43,354 bases of DNA from Spirogloea muscicola (Eukaryota): contig WELB01000019.1 of the NCBI GenBank assembly GCA_009602725.1, positions 337,705 to 381,058 of the forward strand, written 5' to 3'. The translations under genes and the position numbers were made by a program. The notes below the pieces were generated by a model. The model was given only the letters and a program-made list of their open reading frames with translations. It had not been told where the DNA came from and did not search any database. Shown here piece by piece: positions 1 to 15,402 of this stretch (within the stretch, counting starts at the first letter, position 1; each line of letters starts with the position of its first letter).

Positions 1-2404
1 TGCAACGCAAACCACTGCGCCGCCGCAGCCGACGTATCTGAGTCGACGTGCGTACACGTCAAGTGGGCGCACCCCTTTCAATGCTGCTAAATGCTGGTAC
101 TTGTCCTGCACCTCTGGGCACCGTGCACCTTGACAGTTGCTGCCGATTTTCACTAGCGAACGGTATAGTCAGCGTTCCAGCCTTGGCCACGTCAAGTCAG
201 GTTCAAGCTTATTCAACTGTCTTTTTGGTGTTTCATACTTGTGTAGGCACCTGCGAGCCCTTTCGCCAGTCGCTCTTTCGGACCTCGGGCAGCATGTCGC
301 CCTCGTGGTACCGCCCTGCGCCATGTGGGCCGTAGTCAATATAGCTGCCACGCGCCGCGAAAAGGGCGGTCAGAGAAGGAAAGGGACGGAGGCAGAGAGG
401 AGGGAGGGGGGGAGATTTTGCAGAGGGGCTGATGAGCTCAGCTTGGTGTCAACATTTCCGAGCCGCCTTATGTGTCTGCTGCTTGACGGGTCTCGTAATC
501 AAGGTGGGCGGACCTCACCTGTCAACGAAGCTGGTCTCTGCACCGAGAAGGTAATCATATGCGTAGTCGAAGCTTCTGATGGGGATGCAGCTGCACGTAG
601 CCACGTTCTAGACGTGTGATGAGGCCGGGCACTGATTCTAGAATGCCTGCAGCTGCTCACGACTGCAAGGACATTGCCGGATAATCAATTTGGGAGGCAG
701 GACAGAGCTCACGACTCGGAGAGGAGCAAGAAATGTGTGTTCCGGGGATCGAGGAGCGCAACAGCCAGCAGCCGCTTCTCGGCCTCCACAACGTCCAGGT
801 CCCCCCAGTGAACCTGCATTGCAAATCGGTATGACAACCGTGGCCAGGACGTCATGGGCTGGCTGACCTTGCGGCTACCTTCCTGCCAAATTTCAGCGGA
901 GTTCTTGCAGCAGCAACACGCTATGATCTCCATAATGAGGTGTCAAAATCCTTTGTCATATTTTGGTAATTCTAGACTCGCAAATAACTCAACAGCTGAC
1001 ATATTTATTGCACTATTTCTTTCTCAGGGCTTGGGGTTTGCAGTTGACATGTACCATCCTAGTCATCACAAAGATGGGGGATTGACGACCTACATGGCCG
1101 GTCTGCGCGATCTCCGTGTCGATGAAGAGGTCGCTGGTCAGCGCCATAGTTGAACGGTTGTACTTGAACCCCGGCGGCGCATGCACGTAGATGCGGAAGC
1201 GACCTGCACCCGGCTGCGCGAGTGCGGGAGCGCTGCCCATGAAGCTGGTCAGTGAAGGCGCCGCTGTGCCTGAGAGCAAGACTGGGCGGCGACGTGACGA
1301 GAGAGGGTAACAAGGGTAAGGAAAATGTGATGAAAAGCCCCTCTTGAGCTTATCACGGTAAGCTCAGAATCACAGGGCTTGAGCGCAGGGAAGACAAATG
1401 GCAAAGAAGTGGAAACAGGATTGAGGGCTTATATTACAGAGAGAAGGCGCGCGGTGCGCATGAAATTGAAAGGGAGGCCAATTCTAGCCTTACAAATGTC
1501 CTGTTAACTGGGTAATGAGCTAGCTAGGGGGGGGCTTATATTAAAGGCTTAAAGTGAGAGAAAGGGGTGAGGGAAAAGGAGGAATAGCATAGGCAGGGGG
1601 GCAGGGAGGGCGGGGCGTGGGGTTGGAACATGGTGAAGAAGGGGTGATGAAACAAGAAATGTGGAGAAAGAGGGGGGAGGAGCGGGAGAACTGCGCAAGA
1701 AAGGTCGACGAAAAGGGCTGAGAGAGAGAGAGAGAGAGGAAAAACAGAGCAAGGAGTTAGTTGGAGAGAAGGCCAGGGAAAGGCTAGATGGACACAACGA
1801 GAGGAGGCGCGCGCTGCCCATGGGAAATAAGGGAGGCCAATTCAACCGAAGCCGTGAAACATTGTTCAGCGAAACGAGAGATACGCGCGCCGCGGGGGGC
1901 GATAAGGAGCGGAGGCGAAGCGAGTGGCTTTGGAGCGAGACGAGGCCGAGCGGAGGACTGCTCAGTGGCGGGGGAGCCACTGGGCAGTGGCGGCTGGAGG
2001 CCCCACCGCGAAGAAGCGCGCCCAGAGGGGCTCCAGCGGCATGGGCCCGCGCGTGAGGAAGAGGAAGGCGAGCCGGGCGGGCCCGCCATCGCCAGACCCG
2101 CCAAGCAGCGTGCCGTTGGACGCCAGCGCCGCGGCCTCGGCGGCGCTCAGGTCACGCTCCGTGCGGCCCTGGATCTCGTCAAAGCGCCGCCGCGACGGGT
2201 CGGGCCGCGCCGGCGGCGGCNCGGCGGCGGCGGCGGCAGCGGCGGGGCAGGGAGCTGCCTGCTCTGCTGTGCGGGAAGCTCCCTCCCTCCACTACCCCCC
2301 TCCCCGCGGCCTCCTCAATCGCTTACCAGCCCCTTCTCCCGGAACTCTTCCCGCGCGCGGCCGACAGCGGTACGAGTGTGCGGAGCTGGGCGACGACCGG
2401 TCAT
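1..2404 (-). CDS. Core-2/I-branching-like (DUF266 / GT14-like, BC10-type) glycosyltransferase, 3' end outside window
   Basis: GT-AG exons read on the minus strand: ..2007 (ARLAFLFLTRGPMPLEPLWARFFA), 1213-1094 (PGAGRFRIYVHAPP), 813-713 (VHWGDLDVVEAEKRLLAVALLDPRNTHFLLLSES), 590-519 (CIPIRSFDYAYDYLL), 344-251 (YGPHGAGRY..MLPEVRKSDWRKGSQ), 14-1 (WFAL). These are DUF266 motifs in the expected order. Start at 2404 is tentative because the N at 2221 may hide the membrane anchor. Confidence 0.9.
1440..1486 (+). repeat. Short dispersed repeat (AGAAGGCGCGCGG..GCATGAAA..AAGGGAGGCCAATTC)
   Basis: Similar copies at ~1800-1850, ~8270-8306 and, inverted, at ~21875-21920 and ~23723-23760. Confidence 0.55.
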
Positions 2405-2569
2405 GGCGGAGCTGACGTCGAACGGGACGAGTGGCAACAAAGCTAACGGAACGATGCTGGTGCGGCCTCCGAGACGAGCAGTTGGGGCCCCAATGCGCGC
2501 ATGAAATCCACAAGGAAGTCCAAACAAGCCAGTCCAGTGTTGGCAGCCCCTCTTCTATATGGGCGGCGA

Positions 2570-3075
2570 GCAATTTCTTTTCCTGGCCCCTTCGAACTTT
2601 GTCCAAAACGATTCACAAAATGCTGGTTGTGAGAAAGAGAGAGAGCGAGAGACTAATCCGTGTAATGGACGATGGCTGTGATTGGCTAGCCCAGCCAAAG
2701 AATGAACAAAGTGAAAGGAAGGGGCTCTTCTGAAGGCGGCGAAGAAGAAGGCTCGCCCATAGAGAAAGAGCGAAGGGCTGTGAAAAGAAGAAAGAGACTT
2801 CCAGTCGAGGGCAATGGCTGAGTGGCCAGCCCAGAAAGAACGAATGAAAAAGCCCAGCCCACATTGAAATGGACGAAGTCCAAAGGGCCGAAAGAAGTGC
2901 GCTCTTGCATAGGGGGCGGGGACTGTGCCAAGAAGTAATGGACAAGGTGCAATGGCCGAAAGGCGCCAAAGCCACAGAGCTATGCAAGGGACTAAAGCGA
3001 ATGGGAGCTTAGTAACAGCGAGTTAGCAACCGTTGGAGTTGCAGTAACTTGCAGCTAGAAAAGAGGCACCCCGAT
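2570..3075 (-). repeat. Cluster of retroelement-derived GGGCTG-N-CAGCCC repeats upstream of the DUF266 gene
   Basis: Units such as GATGGCTGTGATTGGCTAGCCC and GCCAGCCCAGAAAGAACGAA. 3003-3075 resembles 29967-30062. Confidence 0.7.
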
Positions 3076-3506
3076 GAGACCCAGAAGTAGCAGCTAGATT
3101 GCGGCCTGCCCGCAGGTGCACAGTGTAAGCCTGGGACCGTTAAAAGGAATGAATGACGGCATGCGGAACACCTGGGCAAGCGACCTGGAGGCGTCGAAGC
3201 CGGGCAGCTCACCTTGCAAAATTGAAGGCAGGCCCATGTAAAAACCTTGATCTTGCAAGACAATGTATAACGCACGAGACCTGCTCGAGCAGTGAAGGTG
3301 CTGGCAGTTGCCCCCAGGATCAATAGCTCAGATTCATGCTGTTGTCGATACAAAACAAATGCTGCCAGAATGTCCAACTTCAGTCCAGCAAGTCCGTGTC
3401 ACAAGGTCATCAACATGAAGCCCTCACTTTAGCTTGAACAAGTAGGCAGGTGGATTGGATCTGCTAGCCAGAGGGTGCTCGCTTCCTGATCTGGTTGCCC
3501 ATTACA

Positions 3507-6500
3507 TCAATCACTCCAGTCCGACTCCTCGTCCACCTCATCCTGGGGCTTGCCTGCCTTCTTGGCAATAGAAGCATGCAGCCTTGCAATCTGCACAGAC
3601 CAGGGTGACGTTCAGCTATGCCATGGAACATCTTTCAGCAGACAAACTTGCATGCCGTGAGATATTTGCAGATGCTTCAATTGGGAGGGCCAAGGACTCA
3701 CTAGCGATGGGGGCTCGGGGCTGGTTCGAGTGCCACAGACAATCATTGACACAGGAAGCTGTTAGCAAAGAGGCTTATAGAGGTGTATCCCATGGATCTT
3801 GCAGCCAGGCCAGAAAAGTGTGGAGGGGCAGCGACAAATGCCAAATCAAGCTCCTCATTCAAGTCTGTAAATGCTATATTCCACTTTATGCATAATCCTC
3901 TACATCATTCTATCCGTGCAACAAGAAGGAGGTCACATGTTCAACCTGGCACTGGGTAATTGCGGAGGGGTTCCTGCACGCTTGACAACTGCTGCGATGG
4001 TTGCTTGAGAGGGTGCGCCCTGGTGCATCAATCAAGTCTGAGCAATTAAGGTCTCCTTGATATACACACCATTTCAAACAACACAGCATTATCCAGGAAT
4101 ACTAAGCCTGGCATGCAACTTATGAGCAGTGCTTTGAGATTTCTTGCGGTTTGTAAGGAGGTCGCCTCTTCAATAATCAGCTTCTTCATTAGTGGGCATG
4201 GCCGTTTCTTAGGTACAAGTCACTGAAAGCACAGCTCAAGGCTCACACACCACAATTTTCTCCTCAGGAGCAGTCTGCATAGCAAGCCTCCTCAACCTGA
4301 GGACATTTGTCATCTCCGCAAACATGTCCATGCTCTGCACCAGAGGCGCAAGAAGAATAGTCTTAGTAGCAACCCAAACCATGTCATTGTTACTCCCCTC
4401 CCTTTTCATTCTCGTCCCAAAGGCCCTAAGAACCACAGAGAGTCCACTGGCGCCCAGTAGGAAAGCCAAGCAAGTCTTGACAAGGCCCACAAAGCACCCC
4501 TCATGCTAAGCCTCTAATCCTCTAATGTCCCCGTCCAAGATACAAAGACGCCACAATGTAGTATTTAAAGTACACGCAGAGCTTGAATGTCACAGAATGC
4601 ATCAGAATTCATGCAAGCCATTCAAACACATTCCAGGTGGTAGGCTAAAGCAGTTAGAACAGGAATTAAGCGATATCCAAGTTTTATTTAGCCCCAGTAC
4701 ACTCACTGGCACAGCTGGACTCTGCCGAGCTTGGCCAGTGTCATTCAAAACTCTTGCAGAATTCCCCTCCGCATCCCGTTCAATGGATGGCCTTTCATTT
4801 ACTTCGCCAACTGAGTCTCTCTGTGCAACACATGTAAGATAGCAAAAGCTCGGGATGATATAACTTGATGTTATAAATGACATTGATCTATTAATCTTTC
4901 TTCATTCAAAAAGATTGCCAGCACATCCCCAAGAGCCAGTTGTATGTACTCAGATATGTCCTGAAAAGCTGCGACAGTCGTAAAGAGACTAATCTACATG
5001 GTCAAAAGTTCAAGAAAGCAAAGAAATAGTGAAGACCTTTCTCAAAATCAAGCCACGGTTACGAATGGACTCCATAAGAGCAGCTCGCAGAGGATCTGTC
5101 AGCATCTCAAAAAGCAGAGGTTTACTGATGTTGTCAAGCTAGCAACAGACGGATGCAGATAGATTCAGCTTCTTCAGATAGGATACATGTAATTTCAGAT
5201 CAAATTCAGACGGATTCTGCTTGTCTAGAAGGTCAATGCCTAACAGCTAGCAGAGGTTCTTCAGTTATTTCAATCTCAGTCATCTGCAAGTCCTGGACAT
5301 ACCAGAAGAGATAGCAGGAGCAGGGCTCTTCACTGTTAGTTGTCCAGCAGTTCTTTGGTCCTTGTCCACTGGACGGCTGGATGAAGGACCACTTTCAGAC
5401 AGGGGCTTGGTTTCTTTACTGTCCAAAGCCGTGGAAGTGGCGGCAGGAACTCTGTGCAACTCATTGCTAGGCTGAGGCTGCTGAGATGTATCCGATGTGA
5501 TGGGAAGAGGAGATACAGAGGCCGCCATTCCTGGCGAATCTGTAAGCAATCGTGACCACGTATTCGATATTGGCCAATGATACTGCCTCCTGTAGCAATA
5601 CAGGCATGCAAATTAAAGCCACAGCAAGCTCCCTCCTCCACTCAGCCATCCCTTCACCCACACATCCACTCCTGGAACCCCACCCTCCCCACCCTAACCT
5701 CAATACATTGGCCTTGCCACATCTGGACGCTTCAAGTGACTTGGTACAATTCGTCAGGTCTTTGGATGTCAAATTGCAATCCAGATAGTCAGGTTTCACT
5801 GCCCCATTGCTGCAAATCCATGGGGCCAGCCTGCACGAGTCAATGTATCAGCAGCCACTCCATTCCTCACCTTGAGTGGATGGACCTGGACTAGCTGGGT
5901 TCAGGGCTGGATTAGGCGAAGTCGATGCTCGCAAGACCGCCGATGGTGCAATAGGTGGTAGTTCTGGCAACAAGCTTCTTCCTCCTGAGACAGCCCAATA
6001 GACATAATAAGCAATAAGCTTGTCTTGGATTGAAGATCACAAATTTCTCAGCCTGCCTGCATGTAGTCTAGCTTTTGGGATAGGGATATAGGGTCTGGAG
6101 CTACGGGTTTAGGATCTTATTCTCTTGCAATTTCAGCTGCGAAGGACTGATGACTCTTCAATGTGTGTGCCTTACCCCAGTTTAGATCTGCTATCATTGG
6201 AAGGTTTGGCAGCGAGGGGGGAAGGCTGATCTCAGGAACTGGCCCAAGAACTGGACGGAAGCCAAAATCTTCTGGCACTTCGCCGAGCTGAAAGTGACAT
6301 GCTGTCAGATTTCTGAAATAATGCATCCTTCTCTCTCAATTTGCTATAATGTGTGCAGCGAATTTGCCTCTGAGTTGTCCTCTTGGAACATGCTGAAAAC
6401 GGGAGCTTAAAAGTTCTAAAATGAGGCATGACTGGTTACAAGCACATTCTTACAATCTGAGCCTCAGCTTGACAGCTGCGGTACCTACTTCTGACTCTCT

Positions 6501-8162
6501 TGTGAGAATGCTGGAAAAGCCAGTGTCATCTTCCATCTGCGATTCTTCCTTTGCATCCTTGAGTGGCATTGTGAGGTTGTCAATGTGACGATAATTTCTG
6601 AAAAGACCCTCCGATGCAGCAAAATCCTTGATAAGTGATATGCAAGGGAGTCCACAACAGAGGCCCATTCAGACGCAGTGCAAGAAGCTGGTGCTGTTGT
6701 GTAAGAGGCAGCACCAGGAAGCTGTGCTTTCTTCATACCTGCCATACACAATCTCTGTGGTATTGAAGAGAAGGAGGCTTGTGGCAGCATCAGTGTCCTG
6801 AGGAATGTCACCCAAGCCATCCTGCACGAGAATGAAAGGAAACGTCAGCATTCCTAAGCATGTGGCAACGGCACAAGAAGATTGACATATGTACATGAGA
6901 ACCTACATATGGTTGCAGATGTGAGTATACACTCTTATAAAAGACTAGACTCCAAGAGCCACACTAGTGAAATGCACGTGGTGAAGCTTTACATGCACTT
7001 ACATTCGGCTCGCTTGTTGTGATGAGAGGTTCCTGAGCAGTCTCAGAGAAGAAGCGAAACAGTTCCATGGCCTCTTCGGCACCTCTTGGCTCCTGCGACA
7101 GGCCAGAGCTATGAAATTGTACAGCTGCAATTGCGGATGCAAACCAGTGGAATGGAGTGTAATGCATGTGAGGTATGCAAGAAGGCCATGCTGTCTGGCA
7201 CCTAGCCAGACCACGGTGTCAGCAAATGGCCAAATTCAAGCACCTGCTCTTCTGGAGCATCCACAATGCCGCTCAGGCGCTCGGCCGTGGAAATCTTGCT
7301 GCCCGCTCGGTTTCTGAAGACGCTGACGTAGTCAACGTCCACAGGGTCGACGACGGGGTACTTGGATGGCGAGAAGATTGTGAGGGCCTTCTGGGAGCCC
7401 TCGATGTTGTCAATGCTGGCCTGCAGGTAACGCGCAGCTGACGTGCCGCCGCTCTTGTGAGATATCTCCGCTGAACCCCGCGGCCAAAGACGTCACTGCA
7501 GGCGGTCAGGACGCTGCTGCCAGCCTGCTAATTCATGGTGCTCGGAGCAGATCGCCGTCAGCTCCTGCATCGCCGGTAGCTTTCAGTCGGGCATCCATAT
7601 GCCTATCGAACCCCTGCAAGACCAAAGCCCCACCTGCACGGCTCGAATGCGAGACGAGAGGCCCTGCAGCCGCTGCTGCTCCTCATCAACCTGGCATCGA
7701 CGTGGGAGCAAAGCAGCGCCAGAGAGACACAGTGCACCATGTCAGCTCGGGGACTGACGAGGTGCAGGTGCAGCTCTGCATCTGCGGCCTTCACGAGCTA
7801 TATCCGAGTCGGCCGATCGGAGCCACCAGGAGACAACGGGCCAGAGCCAGTGGCAGAGCTGCGCGGCAGCGCGCTCCTCACACGCTCCCCCAAGGCGTCG
7901 AAGATGGCGGTGGCGGCGTCGCGCAGAGCGAGGAGGCTGCCGCACAGCCGGTCGTACGTCTCGGACGGGCGCAGGTCCTGTGCCACCACTGAGCGTGGCG
8001 CAGCGGGGGGGAGTGTCAGCGATGAGGCAGCTGTCGTTGTCTGAGCCTGGCCGGCGGTCTGCCCCCGCCGCACGCAGGCCCCCTTCCCGACAGCGACGAG
8101 GCCCGCCCGCGCGTCGAGGACGGCGGCGACGCACCGGGGACCTCGAAGGCCTGCGCCGCCAT
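3507..8162 (-). CDS. WASHC1: WASH complex subunit 1 (Arp2/3 nucleation-promoting factor), multi-exon
   Basis: ATG 8162 gives MAAQAFEVP|VVAQDLRPSETYDRL..AIFDALGER|VDEEQQRL..|ASIDNIEGSQKALTIFSPSKYP (WAHD). Later exons give DGLGDIP..SLLLFNTTEIVY, VPEDFGFRPVLGPVPEISLPPSLPNLP, WH2 RAALMESIRNRGLILRK (~5040-5090), C helix MDMFAEMTNVLRLRR (~4290-4330) and acidic end DEVDEESDWSD* (stop 3507). Confidence 0.92.
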
Positions 8163-8991
8163 GGCCGCCGCGCCGGCCAGTCCCGCCGCGAAGCCCCGAG
8201 TGGAGGGAATGGAAGCACCACGGCTGACTGGTGCTGTCGTTTGAAGATTCATACAAAGCGGCTGTAAGAGAGAAGGCGCGCGGGGCGCATGAAATGAAAG
8301 GGAGGCTGTAAACGACCAGCCGGGTGCATGCAGATGGGGCTCATATCGACGTGTAAGTTAGCGGGGCTACAGGCTAGGAAAGGGATATCTTAGATGGGAG
8401 AACATGGGATGGGGTATTGAGCATTTCCGTGTCAGGCTATATTGGCACTGGTGATGGCATCAAATAGCAGTGGCACTAACGGCAAGCCTCCGTTCCTTCT
8501 TGTTCGCCCCGCACGGCTGTGCGCCCGTCGATCAGGGCGCCCGCATCGGAGGGCCAAGCACCGTGGACGTGGCCGCGCCCGAGGGGCGTGGCCGCTTGTT
8601 CTCCGACAGCTTCTCGGCAACCTCCGAGTCGGTGGGCTCCTGCCGTGGACACATCAACAGTGCCTTGCAGCCATCTATTTGACGGCAGCCGAGGCGCAGC
8701 CCGTCGGGGTCGCATAACGGTGACTGTCCTCGATAAACCAGCTGCCGATAACCTCCACCCGGTTTGGGATGAAGCTGCTGGTAAGACCTGTAACACCAAA
8801 TTCCACTTCTGCCGACGTCGACTGCGCCTGCGTGTCTCCGCGCCACTCCCCGCGGCGGCTGCGGCGGCGGCGGCGGCGTAGCAGCAGAGAGGGGAGTAGA
8901 GAGGCGAGGGACGAGGGCGCGCACGAAAGCGATTGAGGCTGGGAGGCGCTACGGACGATATCGTTTTGCTGGTGCGGCCTGCGGGGCGGCC

Positions 8992-13460
<4,469 letters not shown>

Positions 13461-14290
13461 AGACGCCAAGTTGGCCTCACTTGCACCAAGTTCCATTGGT
13501 TGCAATGCTCGTGTCAGCGGGGCTGGAGACGCGAGAGAGCGGGCCGGCTTTGTCGCTCAGAGACTCGTTGTAATTCCTGGCTTTCTAGGCTCAGGCTCTG
13601 GGTATCTAGGCTCACGCTCCCCAGAACCCTGCCAAGCATGTCCTCAAGCTTCCACACTATTGCTTTTACTAGCGCGACATCGCCTCTGGCGCTTCCTCAA
13701 GCCCTTGCATTTTTCGCTGTGTGGCAGCAGTGAGGCTGCTATGCAGATGTGTAGATGTGCAGATGTGTGTGCAATCAGTTTTGGAAGCACATTCTATTTT
13801 GCTCGAAAGTCGATGCTAGTAACACTGTTATTGGCATTGCCATTGCAGCGATTGTACTGCCCTTACTAGTGTCTTGTCGCAGGTTTTTGAGATATAATGA
13901 TCTAAGAATTCCTTGTACAGCACGTGTTCATCAAGATAGAGGAATGGTTAGCAGCGCCAGTGACAAGCGTGGATACAGCAGGAGCTCGTCTTCAGTGCTT
14001 TGGAATTGGAGTGAAATTCAAGTTCAGACATTGTTGAGTGTTACGTGTGCACGTTTGCTAGCTTCTTCAGTAATGAGGCTTGAGTGCCAGATGTCCTTAT
14101 GAGGCAAGGTTGACCAGGTAGGGCCCAGATAGCTATTGGTAGACGCCTATATCCAGGTAACTGCATTGGTATCTTGCATGCGCCTGTCCAACTCAGTGCA
14201 GGGGTGTCAGGATAGTCAAATGAGGAGATAAAGGTTGATTAATCATCATGTGGTTCTGCTGCTTTCTTCATTAGGCTTGATTCGAATTTA

Positions 14291-14435
14291 ATCATAGTCA
14301 TATTTTCAGGAAAGAATTTGATGCTGGCTCACAATGAATGCTAGCAATATGGTCAACACCTGCAAGTCGGACGCTGTTCTCTTTACTGTTTTTAAGAACA
14401 GAGTGGCGAACGGGTGCGTAACACGTGGAATCTGC
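14291..14435 (+). pseudogene. rrn18: NUMT: degraded 5' fragment of mitochondrial SSU (18S) rRNA gene
   Basis: ATCATAGTCA..AGAATTTGATGCTGGCTCAC (cf. AGAGTTTGATCCTGGCTCAG), AACACCTGCAAGTCGGACG, and AGTGGCGAACGGGTGCGTAACACGTGGAATCTGC (plant-mitochondrial GGGTGCGTAAC variant). Confidence 0.8.
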
Positions 14436-14914
14436 GGCGTTCGCCTTGCATCTGCAAGTGGCCGTACTTTTGCTGCCGTCTCAGGCTACTAAGATTTGCG
14501 ACTCCTCCTTGGCTGCTGATATATTCAATTTGGTGGCTGCTGACTGGGGATCACTGAGTGGCCATCGTTAGAAGCCACCTGTTTTACTGAGTAATTTGCG
14601 AGTTGCGCTCTCCTGTTGAGAAGTCCACCATTTTGTCCAATCCTTACTGGTTAAGGAGTCTCCTAAGCTACCTATATTCACTTTGGGCTCCCCAACCACA
14701 GCCACCGTCTGGAGAGCTTCTTTGTAAACCAAGATGAATGAGGGTTTAGGGTTTAGTTGTTGGCTGGATCAACTCACAGGTGTTTCGCATGCGCCTGCCA
14801 GTACCGCTGCAGCGCTTATTAGCACACGTGCTGCATCTGCGCACTGGTCGCGCTTTGGCCGCAGCCTCTGAATCTAGACAGGGTACCCGCTACCCAAACA
14901 CTAGTTTCTCTCGC

Positions 14915-15255
14915 CCATGAAAGGCCAGCCCAAAAGCTTGCTATTCACAGCCCCTGCCTCATATTGGACGAGCCGTTGTGTCTGTATGCACCTGGCTGGC
15001 TTTGAAAGCGAGTCCAGTGGCCACTGGGCGCTGTGAAGAGAGAGAGAGGGCTTTATCGCTTTAGCGCTTCCCCTGGCCCCCTTCTCGTACTCTGTTCATT
15101 CTTTTTCGGGCTGGTTTTTCCAGCCCCTATTCTCAATGGGCGAGCACTTTCTTCTTTTATCTAGCCCCCTTCTCGTACTTTGTTCATTCTTTCTTGGGCT
15201 GGCTTTTCCAGCCCCTATCCTCAATGGGCGAGGCCCTTCTTCTTTAGCCCTTGTA
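14915..15255 (+). repeat. Retroelement-derived hairpin-motif repeats, including an ~88 bp tandem duplication, directly upstream of BUD23
   Basis: GCCCCCTTCTCGTACT..TGTTCATTCTTT..GGGCTGG-(T/C)TTTT-CCAGCCCCTAT..TCAATGGGCGAG occurs twice, with motifs at 15108 and 15196. Confidence 0.75.
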
Positions 15256-15402
15256 CAGCCGCTCTCACAATACCAGCAGCCGCAGTCTCTTCCTCTTAAA
15301 CCCTGAGGCTCAGAAACCCTTGTTGCTCAGTGCACCAAGCTCCGCCGCCGCCGCCATTGCTGCCGAGCGCAAGAGGCTCTGCCGTCGTCGAGGCGCCAGT
15401 CC

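Noticed and set aside
1549..2504. Overlapping ORFs on both strands
   Set aside because: Purine-rich intron and GC-rich antisense of the DUF266 exon; low complexity.
14741..14756. Telomeric TTTAGGG tract
   Set aside because: Only about two units; too short to call an interstitial telomere.
15297..15322. Telo-box upstream of BUD23
   Set aside because: AAACCCTG and AAACCCTT do not match AAACCCTA.
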